From the NCBI GenBank assembly GCA_015489395.1, contig WFZV01000046.1:1-35130 (forward strand): a stretch of 35,130 nucleotides of DNA, read 5' to 3'. Within the stretch, counting starts at the first letter, position 1, and each line of letters starts with the position of its first letter. Both the position numbers and the translations under genes were made by a program. Positions 26,959-35,130 of the stretch are shown piece by piece. Source of the DNA: Bacteroidales bacterium. GTDB taxonomy: Bacteria; Bacteroidota; Bacteroidia; Bacteroidales; S143-33. The notes beneath the pieces were generated by a model, which did not search any database, was not told the origin of the DNA, and saw only the letters and a list, made by a program, of their open reading frames with translations.

Positions 26959-29900
26959 ATGAGACGATTACTTGTTTTGCTAATAATTTTTGTCTTTAGC
27001 TTTTCTGCCTTTTCGCAAACCAATGAGGCTCGTCTGCTACGATTCCCTAACATCCATGGAAATAAGGTTGTTTTCTCTTATGCAGGCGATATTTATATTG
27101 CTGACATAAACACTGGACTTGCTCGTAGATTGACTTCTGACCCTGGATATGAGATGTTTCCAAAATTTAGTCCTGATGGTAAGTGGATAGCTTTCACAGC
27201 CCAGTACGATGGAAATACTGAAGTTTATGTTATGCCTTCAGAAGGAGGTGTTCCGCGCAGGCTGACGTACACAGCGACTTTGAAACGCGACGATGTCTCA
27301 GACCGCATGGGACCTAACAATATTGTAATGGGATGGACACCAGACAGTAAAAAGATTATTTTTCGTTCGCGTATGCACTCGTTTAATTCGTTTCGAGGAC
27401 ATTTGTATTTAGTTGATTTAAAAGGCGATATGCCTGAACCGGTGCCTATTATGGACGGAGGTTTTTGTAGTTTTTCGCCTGATGGTCAAAAATTAGCATT
27501 TAATTACGTTTTTCGTGAATTCCGTACCTGGAAGCATTATCGCGGCGGTATGGCTGATGACATCTGGATTTATGATTTTAAAACCGGTAAAGCTAAGCGT
27601 TTATTTAAAAATCCTGCACAGGACATTTTCCCTATGTGGTACAAAGACAAGATTTTCTTTATTTCTGACCGCGATTGGACTATGAATTTATTTGTTTATG
27701 ATTTAAAAACCGGGAAAACTACCAAACTTACAAACTTCGACAAATACGACATCAAATTCCCGTCAATAGGTCAAAATCGAATAGTCTTTGAAAACGGCGG
27801 ATATTTGTATTATTACGATATCCCGACAGGTCAGCTAAAGCAGATTCACATTTACATTAAGAATGATTTTGCTTCGACAAGAAACCATCTGGTCGATGCT
27901 TCCAAATACATTGAAAGTTACGATGTATCGCCGCACGGTAAAAATTTAGTTTTTTCTGCCCGCGGCGATATTTTTATTGTGCCAACCGACAGCAAAAAAG
28001 CTACAAAAGACATTACAAATACACAGGGGGTTTTTGAACGTGATGTAGCCTGGTCGCCAAAAGGCGATTATGTTGCTTATTTCTCTGATAAATCTGGCGA
28101 GTACGAAATTTATATTCAAAAAGCCGATGGCTCACAACCACCGCAGCAAATTACCAAAAACGCTGATACTTATTACTATGACTTACTCTGGTCGCCTGAC
28201 GGAACTAAATTACTTTTTAACGATAAAAAACTCAGATTGCGTTACGTTGACATAAAAACAAAGAAAATTACACTGGTTGATACTTCAAATTATTGGGAAT
28301 TTCGCGATTTTGCCTGGTCGCCAGATAGCCGTTATATTGTTTATTCAAAATTAGATTTTTCGCACACATATCCAGTGATTTACATTTATGACACTAAAAC
28401 GCACAAACGCCATGCTATCACAGATGGCTGGTATTCTTCGCATTCCGCCATATTTAGCAATGATGGCAAATACCTGATTTTTGTTTCCGATCGTGATTTT
28501 AACGCTATTTACAGCGATGTAGAATGGAATTACGCCTACAAAGACATGGCACGACCATACATTGTACTTTTAAGCAAAAACACACCAAATCCTTTCCTGC
28601 CTGAGAAGCAAGAAAATGCTGACAATCAAAAAAATAAGTCTAAAGCTGACAGCGGCAAAGTACAGGTTAAAATCGACTTTGACGGAATTAAAGACCGTAT
28701 TATCCAGATACCAGTCAGGCCAGCAAATTACTATAACCTGGATTACGCTGACGGCAAAATTTATTACGTTTACAAGAAATTCAACGACGAGCATACAACT
28801 GTTTGTTATTACGACCTGAACAAGAGAAAAGAGGTGCAAATCGGACAGGATTTTAGCTTTGAAATAACACCCGATGGTAAAAAAATGTTGGTGGTTAAAG
28901 ACGATAAATATGCAGTGATTGACCTGCCAACATCCCAGGTTAGTATTGATAAATACGTTGACTTGAGCGGCATGAAATTATGGGTCGATTACCAGGCAGA
29001 ATGGCGTCAGATTTTCTATGACGTTTGGCGTCAGATGCGCGATTTCTTCTATGACCCTGATATGCACGGCGTTGACTGGGAAGCAGTTAAGAAAAAATAT
29101 GAAGTTCTTTTGCCTTACGTTCACCATCGTAATGACCTGACTTACATTTTAGGCGAGATGATTGGCGAGTTAAACATCGGACATGCTTACGTTGGTGGCG
29201 GTGACCGCCCGAAAATTAAACGGATTTACACTGGTTTACTGGGCGCGCAATTCAAAAAAGACCCGAAAACGGGATATTTCAAGGTTTCGAAGATTTTACA
29301 GGGAGCTACCTGGTCTAAAGATTTACTTTCGCCTTTGCAAATGCCAGGTGTTGACGTAAAACAGGGCGATTATATCCTGGCAATTGACGGAGTCCCGACA
29401 AATACTGTAAATAACATCTACCAGCTTTTGGTCGGTAAAGGCGGGCAATATGTCGAATTGACGGTTAATTCAAGACCAGATTTAGCTACGGCAAGAAAAG
29501 TTACAGTTAAAGCACTAAAGAGCGAAGCCGATTTATACTATTACGACTGGGTACAGCATAATCTCAAGTATGTTTCGCAAAAGTCTAACGGACAAATCGG
29601 CTATATTCACATTCCGGACATGATGAGCGAAGGACTTAATAAGTTCGTTGAATATTTCTACCCACAGTTGCGTAAGAAAGCTTTGATTATCGACGATCGC
29701 GGAAATGGCGGTGGTAATGTATCGCCGATGATAATTGAACGTTTACGCCGTAAAATGATAATGCAAGTAATGGCACGTAATGTACCGACCATGGGACCTG
29801 TGCCAGAACAAACGCAAGTTGGACCTAAAGTTTTGTTAATCAACCAGTATTCTGCATCTGATGGCGATTTATTCCCGTATCAGTTCAAAGCCTACAAAAT

Positions 29901-30213
29901 TGGACCGTTAATTGGTGTTCGTACATGGGGCGGTGTAACCGGCATACGTGGTAGTTTGCCATTGATTGACGGAGGCTATCTGTATAAACCAGAGTTCGGT
30001 CATTATTCGGCAGATGGCAAAAAATGGATAATCGAAGGTCACGGCGTTGATCCGGATATTGTTGTCGAGAATAATCCTGCTGACTATTACCGTGGACATG
30101 ACGCACAATTGGATAAAGCAATTGAGGTGGCTAAGCAGCTAATGAAAACTTATCCGCAGAAAATCACGCCACATCCTGCTTTCCCGAATAAAAGCAAGCC
30201 ACAGGGCAAGTAA
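26959..30213 (+). CDS. Tricorn protease homologue (S41B), exported
   Basis: Signal peptide, PD40 beta-propeller repeats (FSPDG/WSPDG), ELNIGHAY, PDZ-like region, DDRGNGGG, catalytic SASDGD, RTWGGV and IEGHGVDPDI. Confidence 0.95.
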   Translation: MRRLLVLLIIFVFSFSAFSQTNEARLLRFPNIHGNKVVFSYAGDIYIADINTGLARRLTSDPGYEMFPKFSPDGKWIAFTAQYDGNTEVYVMPSEGGVPRRLTYTATLKRDDVSDRMGPNNIVMGWTPDSKKIIFRSRMHSFNSFRGHLYLVDLKGDMPEPVPIMDGGFCSFSPDGQKLAFNYVFREFRTWKHYRGGMADDIWIYDFKTGKAKRLFKNPAQDIFPMWYKDKIFFISDRDWTMNLFVYDLKTGKTTKLTNFDKYDIKFPSIGQNRIVFENGGYLYYYDIPTGQLKQIHIYIKNDFASTRNHLVDASKYIESYDVSPHGKNLVFSARGDIFIVPTDSKKATKDITNTQGVFERDVAWSPKGDYVAYFSDKSGEYEIYIQKADGSQPPQQITKNADTYYYDLLWSPDGTKLLFNDKKLRLRYVDIKTKKITLVDTSNYWEFRDFAWSPDSRYIVYSKLDFSHTYPVIYIYDTKTHKRHAITDGWYSSHSAIFSNDGKYLIFVSDRDFNAIYSDVEWNYAYKDMARPYIVLLSKNTPNPFLPEKQENADNQKNKSKADSGKVQVKIDFDGIKDRIIQIPVRPANYYNLDYADGKIYYVYKKFNDEHTTVCYYDLNKRKEVQIGQDFSFEITPDGKKMLVVKDDKYAVIDLPTSQVSIDKYVDLSGMKLWVDYQAEWRQIFYDVWRQMRDFFYDPDMHGVDWEAVKKKYEVLLPYVHHRNDLTYILGEMIGELNIGHAYVGGGDRPKIKRIYTGLLGAQFKKDPKTGYFKVSKILQGATWSKDLLSPLQMPGVDVKQGDYILAIDGVPTNTVNNIYQLLVGKGGQYVELTVNSRPDLATARKVTVKALKSEADLYYYDWVQHNLKYVSQKSNGQIGYIHIPDMMSEGLNKFVEYFYPQLRKKALIIDDRGNGGGNVSPMIIERLRRKMIMQVMARNVPTMGPVPEQTQVGPKVLLINQYSASDGDLFPYQFKAYKIGPLIGVRTWGGVTGIRGSLPLIDGGYLYKPEFGHYSADGKKWIIEGHGVDPDIVVENNPADYYRGHDAQLDKAIEVAKQLMKTYPQKITPHPAFPNKSKPQGK

Positions 30214-30234
30214 ACCGTAATTTATGGCTAATAG

Positions 30235-30278
30235 AGGCTGGCGGTGGCCACTTGCAATTGCCACCGCCAGCCTTTTTT
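30235..30278 (+). terminator. Intrinsic terminator after the tricorn protease
   Basis: 14-bp stem AGGCTGGCGGTGGC/GCCACCGCCAGCCT with an 11-nt loop, followed by TTTTT. Confidence 0.85.
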
Positions 30279-30299
30279 CGTAACAAAACGCGTACGTTT

Positions 30300-31757
30300 A
30301 TGAACAGGAGTTTGCGCAAAATAATATCGATTATTCGTGATTTTGCAGAGCAGTGCGATCATATCGAAGGCTATTACGAAATGAGCAGCGTAGTGCGGGA
30401 TAGTGACTTTTATTATTCCGTTGGCGGTGCGATTGTTTTTCTTTACGATTGCCAGATGCTTTTTGCTGTAGCGCAACAAATGAAAAGCTATGTAAGCCGA
30501 CAGGTGGATTTGTCTGTGGCACAGGTTTTCGAAGGTCAAAAGCTTGTGTTTATCACCGGAGATTTAGTCAGGTTTAAAGTAGAATTTTCGAGCATAGGAC
30601 GCATAAATCATCATGTAAAGTTGCTCGTTGACAGCGGAGTACGTGATTACAAAGCGTCTTTGTTGATTGACAAAGATGGTCGTTTGAACCGTGAGTTTGA
30701 GCGTCTATGGCGTAAACCCAAAGACCAATTACAAGAAGTTTTCGAGGAATTGACAGCAGGTTTTAAGTATTGGAGTTACGAATTTCGTATGTTGTCAACG
30801 CGTTTAGACCATTTTCGTGCATACAAGGCTTATGTGGAGTTATATTACAAGTTCGTAGGGTTAAAGTTATTAGCTTCAGACAACTGGAAAAATTTGTTGA
30901 GTTTTAAGCAGGCTTTTTATCGAAAAATCAAGGACGACAATGAGTTTGAAAAGATAGTGGATTTAGCGCCGCAGCTGTTTATACAGTCGCTTATGCCATT
31001 GTATTACCGTATTATTGAGGACTTTTTGACGACTTATCAGAGGATTTGTGAACATTTTGGTTTTCAGTGTGATAATGGTTTAGTAAAATATTTTGAAGAT
31101 TTAGACCGTAAGTTTTACCCTGCATATAATTTTCGTGATTTTGCATTAGTTGTAAACCAGTGTATGGAGCGGCAGTATTTGAGACAGGGCAAGGTGTTTC
31201 GTTCAGGACAATTAGATATTTTCCCGTTGGATTATGTAAATTCGCTTTTTCACAGGTTTAACATAAAGACTGTTATTGATTTACGCAGGCATGAGGAACT
31301 GGATGAAGCAAGGGAGTATGATGTTGACGAGTATTTTCACGTTGTAATCGAGGAAGTTGGATATGATTATGACAGGGGGCAAGAGACGGAGGACAATTGG
31401 CCGTTTGATGTTTATTACGCTGGTATAGCGGAGCTTCAAGCAGAGAAATTAGCTCTGATTTATCGTAAAATAATTGAAGGTTTGAACAGGGGGGCTATTT
31501 TAGTACATTGCAATGCAGGAAAAGACCGTACTGGTGTTGTGATAGCTTTGTTGCAAAAGTTGCTTGGAGTTCCAGATAAGTGTATTATAGAAGATTACAT
31601 GGCAAGTTTTACTATTCATACGACCCGGGACATGAGTAAGTTTTTGCAGAAGTTACAAGCCCGCTATGGCGATGTTCGTAATTGGTTCATGGAAAAAGCT
31701 GGATTAACTGCAGCAGAGATTGAATATTTAAAAAGCGAGTTGTTGGCAGATGATTAG
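30300..31757 (+). CDS. Two-domain protein: N-terminal degenerate nucleotidyltransferase-like region plus C-terminal tyrosine/lipid phosphatase (PtpB/IphP, Y_phosphatase3)
   Basis: Start moved to ATG 30300 because the upstream part overlaps the terminator; C-terminal NFRD, VFRSG, IKTVIDLR, P-loop HCNAGKDRTG and IIEDY motifs. The N-terminal assignment is tentative. Confidence 0.8.
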   Translation: MNRSLRKIISIIRDFAEQCDHIEGYYEMSSVVRDSDFYYSVGGAIVFLYDCQMLFAVAQQMKSYVSRQVDLSVAQVFEGQKLVFITGDLVRFKVEFSSIGRINHHVKLLVDSGVRDYKASLLIDKDGRLNREFERLWRKPKDQLQEVFEELTAGFKYWSYEFRMLSTRLDHFRAYKAYVELYYKFVGLKLLASDNWKNLLSFKQAFYRKIKDDNEFEKIVDLAPQLFIQSLMPLYYRIIEDFLTTYQRICEHFGFQCDNGLVKYFEDLDRKFYPAYNFRDFALVVNQCMERQYLRQGKVFRSGQLDIFPLDYVNSLFHRFNIKTVIDLRRHEELDEAREYDVDEYFHVVIEEVGYDYDRGQETEDNWPFDVYYAGIAELQAEKLALIYRKIIEGLNRGAILVHCNAGKDRTGVVIALLQKLLGVPDKCIIEDYMASFTIHTTRDMSKFLQKLQARYGDVRNWFMEKAGLTAAEIEYLKSELLADD

Positions 31758-31799
31758 GATTTGGCCAATTTATGCTGTATTGACATTTTGAAAATCGTG

Positions 31800-32405
31800 T
31801 TATTTATCTTTAGGCCGTTCTTTGAGTAGGCCATAGAAAAGCAGGTCAAGCAGGACGTTAAGTCTTTCTTTAAAAAGTGTATATTTGCTTTCGATGAAAA
31901 ATGGGATTTCCAGACCTTTAATAGCAGAAGCCAGGCCGTAAACTATCGGGTCTAATTCGTCGTAAGTAATTCTGAGTTCGTCGTTTTCAATACCGCGAAT
32001 AAGTATGTTTTTTAAAGCTAAAATTTCGAATTCATCAAAGCTTCGTCTGTATTTCTGGATCAGATTGTAAATATCCATTGTTTCGTGACGGACTAAGTTA
32101 TAGAGTTTAGCGATTTTGTTGGAATATTCCATACGTTTGATTATGTATCGTTTAAGCAGGGTTTTGGTATCTGCTTTGGATTTAATGACTTTCATCAATT
32201 CGTTTTGCAGTTCTTCGGCAATATCTTCAACGATCGCAGCGAAAATGTCTTCTTTGCTTTTAAAATAATAATAAAGTGTGCTTTTACTTTTGTTTAAAGC
32301 TTTGGCTATGTCCATCATTGTAGTTTTTGCATAGCCTTTACGCTGGAAAATGCGACGTGCAGTTTCCAGGACTTGTTTGCGAAAACGCTCGCTTCGTGGT
32401 CTCAT
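31800..32405 (-). CDS. TetR/AcrR family transcriptional regulator
   Basis: F.RKGYAKTTMMDIAKALNKSKSTLYYYFKSKEDIF HTH; start at ATG 32405 (or 32423), coupled to the upstream lipoprotein gene. Confidence 0.92.
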   Translation of the reverse strand: MRPRSERFRKQVLETARRIFQRKGYAKTTMMDIAKALNKSKSTLYYYFKSKEDIFAAIVEDIAEELQNELMKVIKSKADTKTLLKRYIIKRMEYSNKIAKLYNLVRHETMDIYNLIQKYRRSFDEFEILALKNILIRGIENDELRITYDELDPIVYGLASAIKGLEIPFFIESKYTLFKERLNVLLDLLFYGLLKERPKDK

Positions 32406-32409
32406 AGTT

Positions 32410-33261
32410 TTATAGTTTCCCATTTAAAAGTTGATTACGGTAATTGTTTATAGATTTGATGATTTTCTTGTAAACAATTGGTTTTTTGTTGTTTAAAACG
32501 ATTTTGTATTCGCTATAAAGGTTGATGATATTTTGGATAAATTTAATAATTTTTTTCAAATCATCGTAATAATAATACGCGCTACTTTCCAACAGCGCAT
32601 CGTACAAGAATTTTTGTAAGTTTTTGAAGTTCTGTTCCTGGTTTAAAATGATTTTTTGTATCTGAGGATCGTTTTCATTGCACGATCTAATCAGAATGTG
32701 TAAAGATTCAAACCATCCGCCAACTACGATAAAAGGCAGAATGTTGTATTTATTATTGTCTTGCAGGAAGTTACAGGAACGGTTATAGGCTTCATTAGCC
32801 AGTTTTTTCAAACTGTCGATATTATCTTCGTTATTTTTAAACCGTTTATAAAGCTGGTCTGAATAGCCATTTTCTATGCCCAGCTCATTGGCTAAATTTT
32901 TCGAGACTTTAAAGTATTTTAAAGATAACTGGTTGTTGTTCAGAAAAGTACAATAAGCTAAGTCAGCATTATAAAAACCAAGGTAAATAGCTCTGGATTT
33001 ATCAGAAATAAGCTTTTGAGCTAACGAAACGTCTAATAAAATATCAGTCGAACAATTTCTGGTTTTTGTAATAAACCTGTATAAATCGAGGGGTAAAGGT
33101 AAATGATATTTATCGTAAACATGGTTTTGAACAGTAAAACTATCCCTTGTGTTTAATAAATTTTCTAATTCTTGCGGAGGTGTAACGTGATTTTTATTTT
33201 TGTTACACGACATCAAGGAAAATATGCTTAAAAATATGATGCCAACCCAGATTTTATTCAT
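32410..33261 (-). CDS. Hypothetical helical lipoprotein, paralogue of 16679-17644
   Basis: Lipobox LMSC; GFYNADLAY and ILPFIVVGGWFESL motifs. Confidence 0.8.
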   Translation of the reverse strand: MNKIWVGIIFLSIFSLMSCNKNKNHVTPPQELENLLNTRDSFTVQNHVYDKYHLPLPLDLYRFITKTRNCSTDILLDVSLAQKLISDKSRAIYLGFYNADLAYCTFLNNNQLSLKYFKVSKNLANELGIENGYSDQLYKRFKNNEDNIDSLKKLANEAYNRSCNFLQDNNKYNILPFIVVGGWFESLHILIRSCNENDPQIQKIILNQEQNFKNLQKFLYDALLESSAYYYYDDLKKIIKFIQNIINLYSEYKIVLNNKKPIVYKKIIKSINNYRNQLLNGKL

Positions 33262-33338
33262 AATTTAATCGACTGAGGTGTTTGTTAAATAAATAAATTA
33301 AAATAACTTTCAGACACAAATTTAAAAAATTAATCGAA

Positions 33339-35130
33339 ATGAAACGAATATCTTTGTATTTATTTTTGTTATTTTTTTCATTTACAGCTGTTTATGCACA
33401 AAAGCGATTAACCCTTGAGCAAGCTGTTTTTGCCTATAGCAAAGGCTTATATCCCAAGACCCTGCCTGGCTTGCAATGGCGTTCTACTCTGGACAAATTG
33501 GTGTATGTTAAGGACTATTCTACTTTAGTACAAATCGACCCTGTTACAGACCAGGAGCAACAACTCGTTACTTTGGACGAGATTAATGAACAATTGCCCG
33601 ACGGACGAAAACTTCAATATCTTTATGACATCAGATGGCTCAGTCCAAATACTTTTTATCTAATTCAAAATCATACAGTTATTGTTTTTAATGTCGAAAA
33701 TAAAAAGATTATAAAAGTCTATAAGCTTCCACAAAACGCACGAAATATTTTCTACTCACCTGAAGCTAAAGCTGTGGCTTTTACCATTAAAAATAACCTA
33801 TTTTACATGGATAGCTTAATGGTCCAGCGACAAATCACCTTTGACAAGGACACAAACATCGTCAATGGCGATAATTACGTTCATCGTCAGGAATTTGGCA
33901 TTGACCACGGAATTTTTTGGTCACCAAACGGAAATTACATAGCATTTTACCGCAAAGACCAGCGAATGGTCGAAAATTACCCTGTTATTGACTACACTGT
34001 TTTCCCTGCAAAAGTACACTATTTCAAGTACCCATTTGCGGGGCATACCAGCGAACAGGTTAAATTAGGCGTATATAACCTTAAAACCCATGAAATTGTT
34101 TATCTCAACACAGGCCAGCCTGCTGACCATTATTTAACACAGGTTACCTGGGACCCTTCTGAAAATTATATTTATATCGGCATCTTAAACCGCGACCAAA
34201 ACCATCTATGGCTCAACAAATACGATATACACACTGGAGACAAGGTTAAAACACTGTTCGAAGAGACTAACCCTAAATACGTCGAACCACTTTTCCCGCT
34301 GTATTTCGTTCCACACCATCCAGACAAGTTCCTGTACTTTAGCCAGCGCGATGGTTGGCAACACCTGTATTTGTACGATACAAGCGGAACTTTAATCAGA
34401 CAGGTTACAAAAGGCAAATGGGAAGTAACTAAATTACTGCAATTTAGCCATGACGGACAGTATGTTTATGTCCAGACCACAAAAATTAGCCCAATACAAC
34501 GCCACGTTTATAAGGTCAACCTAAATAACGGTCGTATGCTGCGGTTGACTTCAGAACATGGCGAGCATACAATTGCAGTTTCAGCCGACGATCAATATTA
34601 TTTTGACTCATACTCAAGTCTGGACGTACCGCGAAAAATCGATTTATACAAAAATTCAAGATTCATACGAAACCTGCTTACAGCCAGTGATCCGCTTGCC
34701 GATTATGACAAACCAACGATTAAAATCGGTACCATCACAGCAGCCGACGGCAAAACCAAACTTTATTACCGTTTGATTTTGCCTCCGCATTTAGACAAAA
34801 GCAAAAAATATCCTGCCATAGTGTATGTTTATGGCGGACCACACGTCCAGCTTATTCACGATACATATTTGGCAGCAGCGCAAATGTGGCTCATTTACCT
34901 GGCACAAAAAGGTTACGTTGTTTTTACAGTTGACAACCGCGGATCAGATAATCGCGGATTTGCCTTTGAAAGCGTAATTTACCGTCAATTAGGCGTAAAT
35001 GAAATGAAAGACCAAATCCAGGGCGTAAAATTCTTAAAATCATTACCATTTGTTGATTCGACACGTTTGGGCGTAACAGGCTGGAGCTTTGGTGGCTTTA
35101 TGACTACATCGCTGGTTACTACTTATCCTG
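33339..35130 (+). CDS. S9B peptidase (DPP IV/prolyl tripeptidyl peptidase-like), truncated by the window edge; absent from the ORF track
   Basis: ATG 33339 MKRISLYLFLLFFSFTAVYAQ signal peptide; HRQEFGIDHGIFWSP, YVYGGPH, DNRGS and in-frame catalytic GWSFGG at 35079-35096; no stop seen before the edge. Confidence 0.93.
   Translation, partial: MKRISLYLFLLFFSFTAVYAQKRLTLEQAVFAYSKGLYPKTLPGLQWRSTLDKLVYVKDYSTLVQIDPVTDQEQQLVTLDEINEQLPDGRKLQYLYDIRWLSPNTFYLIQNHTVIVFNVENKKIIKVYKLPQNARNIFYSPEAKAVAFTIKNNLFYMDSLMVQRQITFDKDTNIVNGDNYVHRQEFGIDHGIFWSPNGNYIAFYRKDQRMVENYPVIDYTVFPAKVHYFKYPFAGHTSEQVKLGVYNLKTHEIVYLNTGQPADHYLTQVTWDPSENYIYIGILNRDQNHLWLNKYDIHTGDKVKTLFEETNPKYVEPLFPLYFVPHHPDKFLYFSQRDGWQHLYLYDTSGTLIRQVTKGKWEVTKLLQFSHDGQYVYVQTTKISPIQRHVYKVNLNNGRMLRLTSEHGEHTIAVSADDQYYFDSYSSLDVPRKIDLYKNSRFIRNLLTASDPLADYDKPTIKIGTITAADGKTKLYYRLILPPHLDKSKKYPAIVYVYGGPHVQLIHDTYLAAAQMWLIYLAQKGYVVFTVDNRGSDNRGFAFESVIYRQLGVNEMKDQIQGVKFLKSLPFVDSTRLGVTGWSFGGFMTTSLVTTYP

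Noticed and set aside
31256-31283. dif-like pattern GTTTAACATAA-AGACTG-TTATTGATTTA
   Set aside because: The XerD-like arm matches, but the XerC arm matches only TTAT. The site lies inside the phosphatase CDS and encodes the conserved FNIKTVIDL motif, so chance is the simpler explanation.
2419-34776. Many 60-180 aa ORFs nested in or antisense to long genes (e.g. 6409-6750, 7347-7724, 14231-14650, 18658-19080, 19029-19565, 34172-34417)
   Set aside because: Shadow ORFs overlapping well-supported genes, with no motifs or independent expression signals.
1-35130. CRISPR array, prophage, IS element or defence island
   Set aside because: I saw no regularly spaced direct repeats and no integrase, transposase, phage or cas genes. 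The exonuclease and AlbA_2 genes are isolated and of types common in Bacteroidota.

Overview
A 35 kb core-chromosome window from a Bacteroidota (Bacteroidales-like) bacterium. The assignment rests on TAnnTTTG/TTTG promoters, AT-rich start regions without Shine-Dalgarno sites, and the glycogen-synthase-domain/DUF4270/glmS cluster. I saw no prophage, transposase, integrase or CRISPR array. It holds about 31 CDS, including manA, glmS, miaA, tpiA, a long-type ATP-PFK, a Se-dependent-type xanthine dehydrogenase, a tricorn protease, two TetR regulators and several exported proteins. It also has a tRNA-Glu(UUC) and several intrinsic terminators. Two real genes are missing from the ORF track: the 40-aa ribosomal protein Thx/bTHX (16491-16613, -) and an S9 peptidase that runs off the right edge (33339-35130, +). 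The most interesting signal is a ~270-nt intergenic element (21741-22009, -). It has its own promoter, multiple helices and a duplicated hairpin module, and looks like a standalone structured ncRNA I cannot assign to a known class. Other oddities are a degenerate nucleotidyltransferase-like domain fused to a Cys phosphatase, a lipoprotein-type MEMO1 homologue without its usual partners, two distant paralogous helical lipoproteins, and kb-scale switches in G/C skew.
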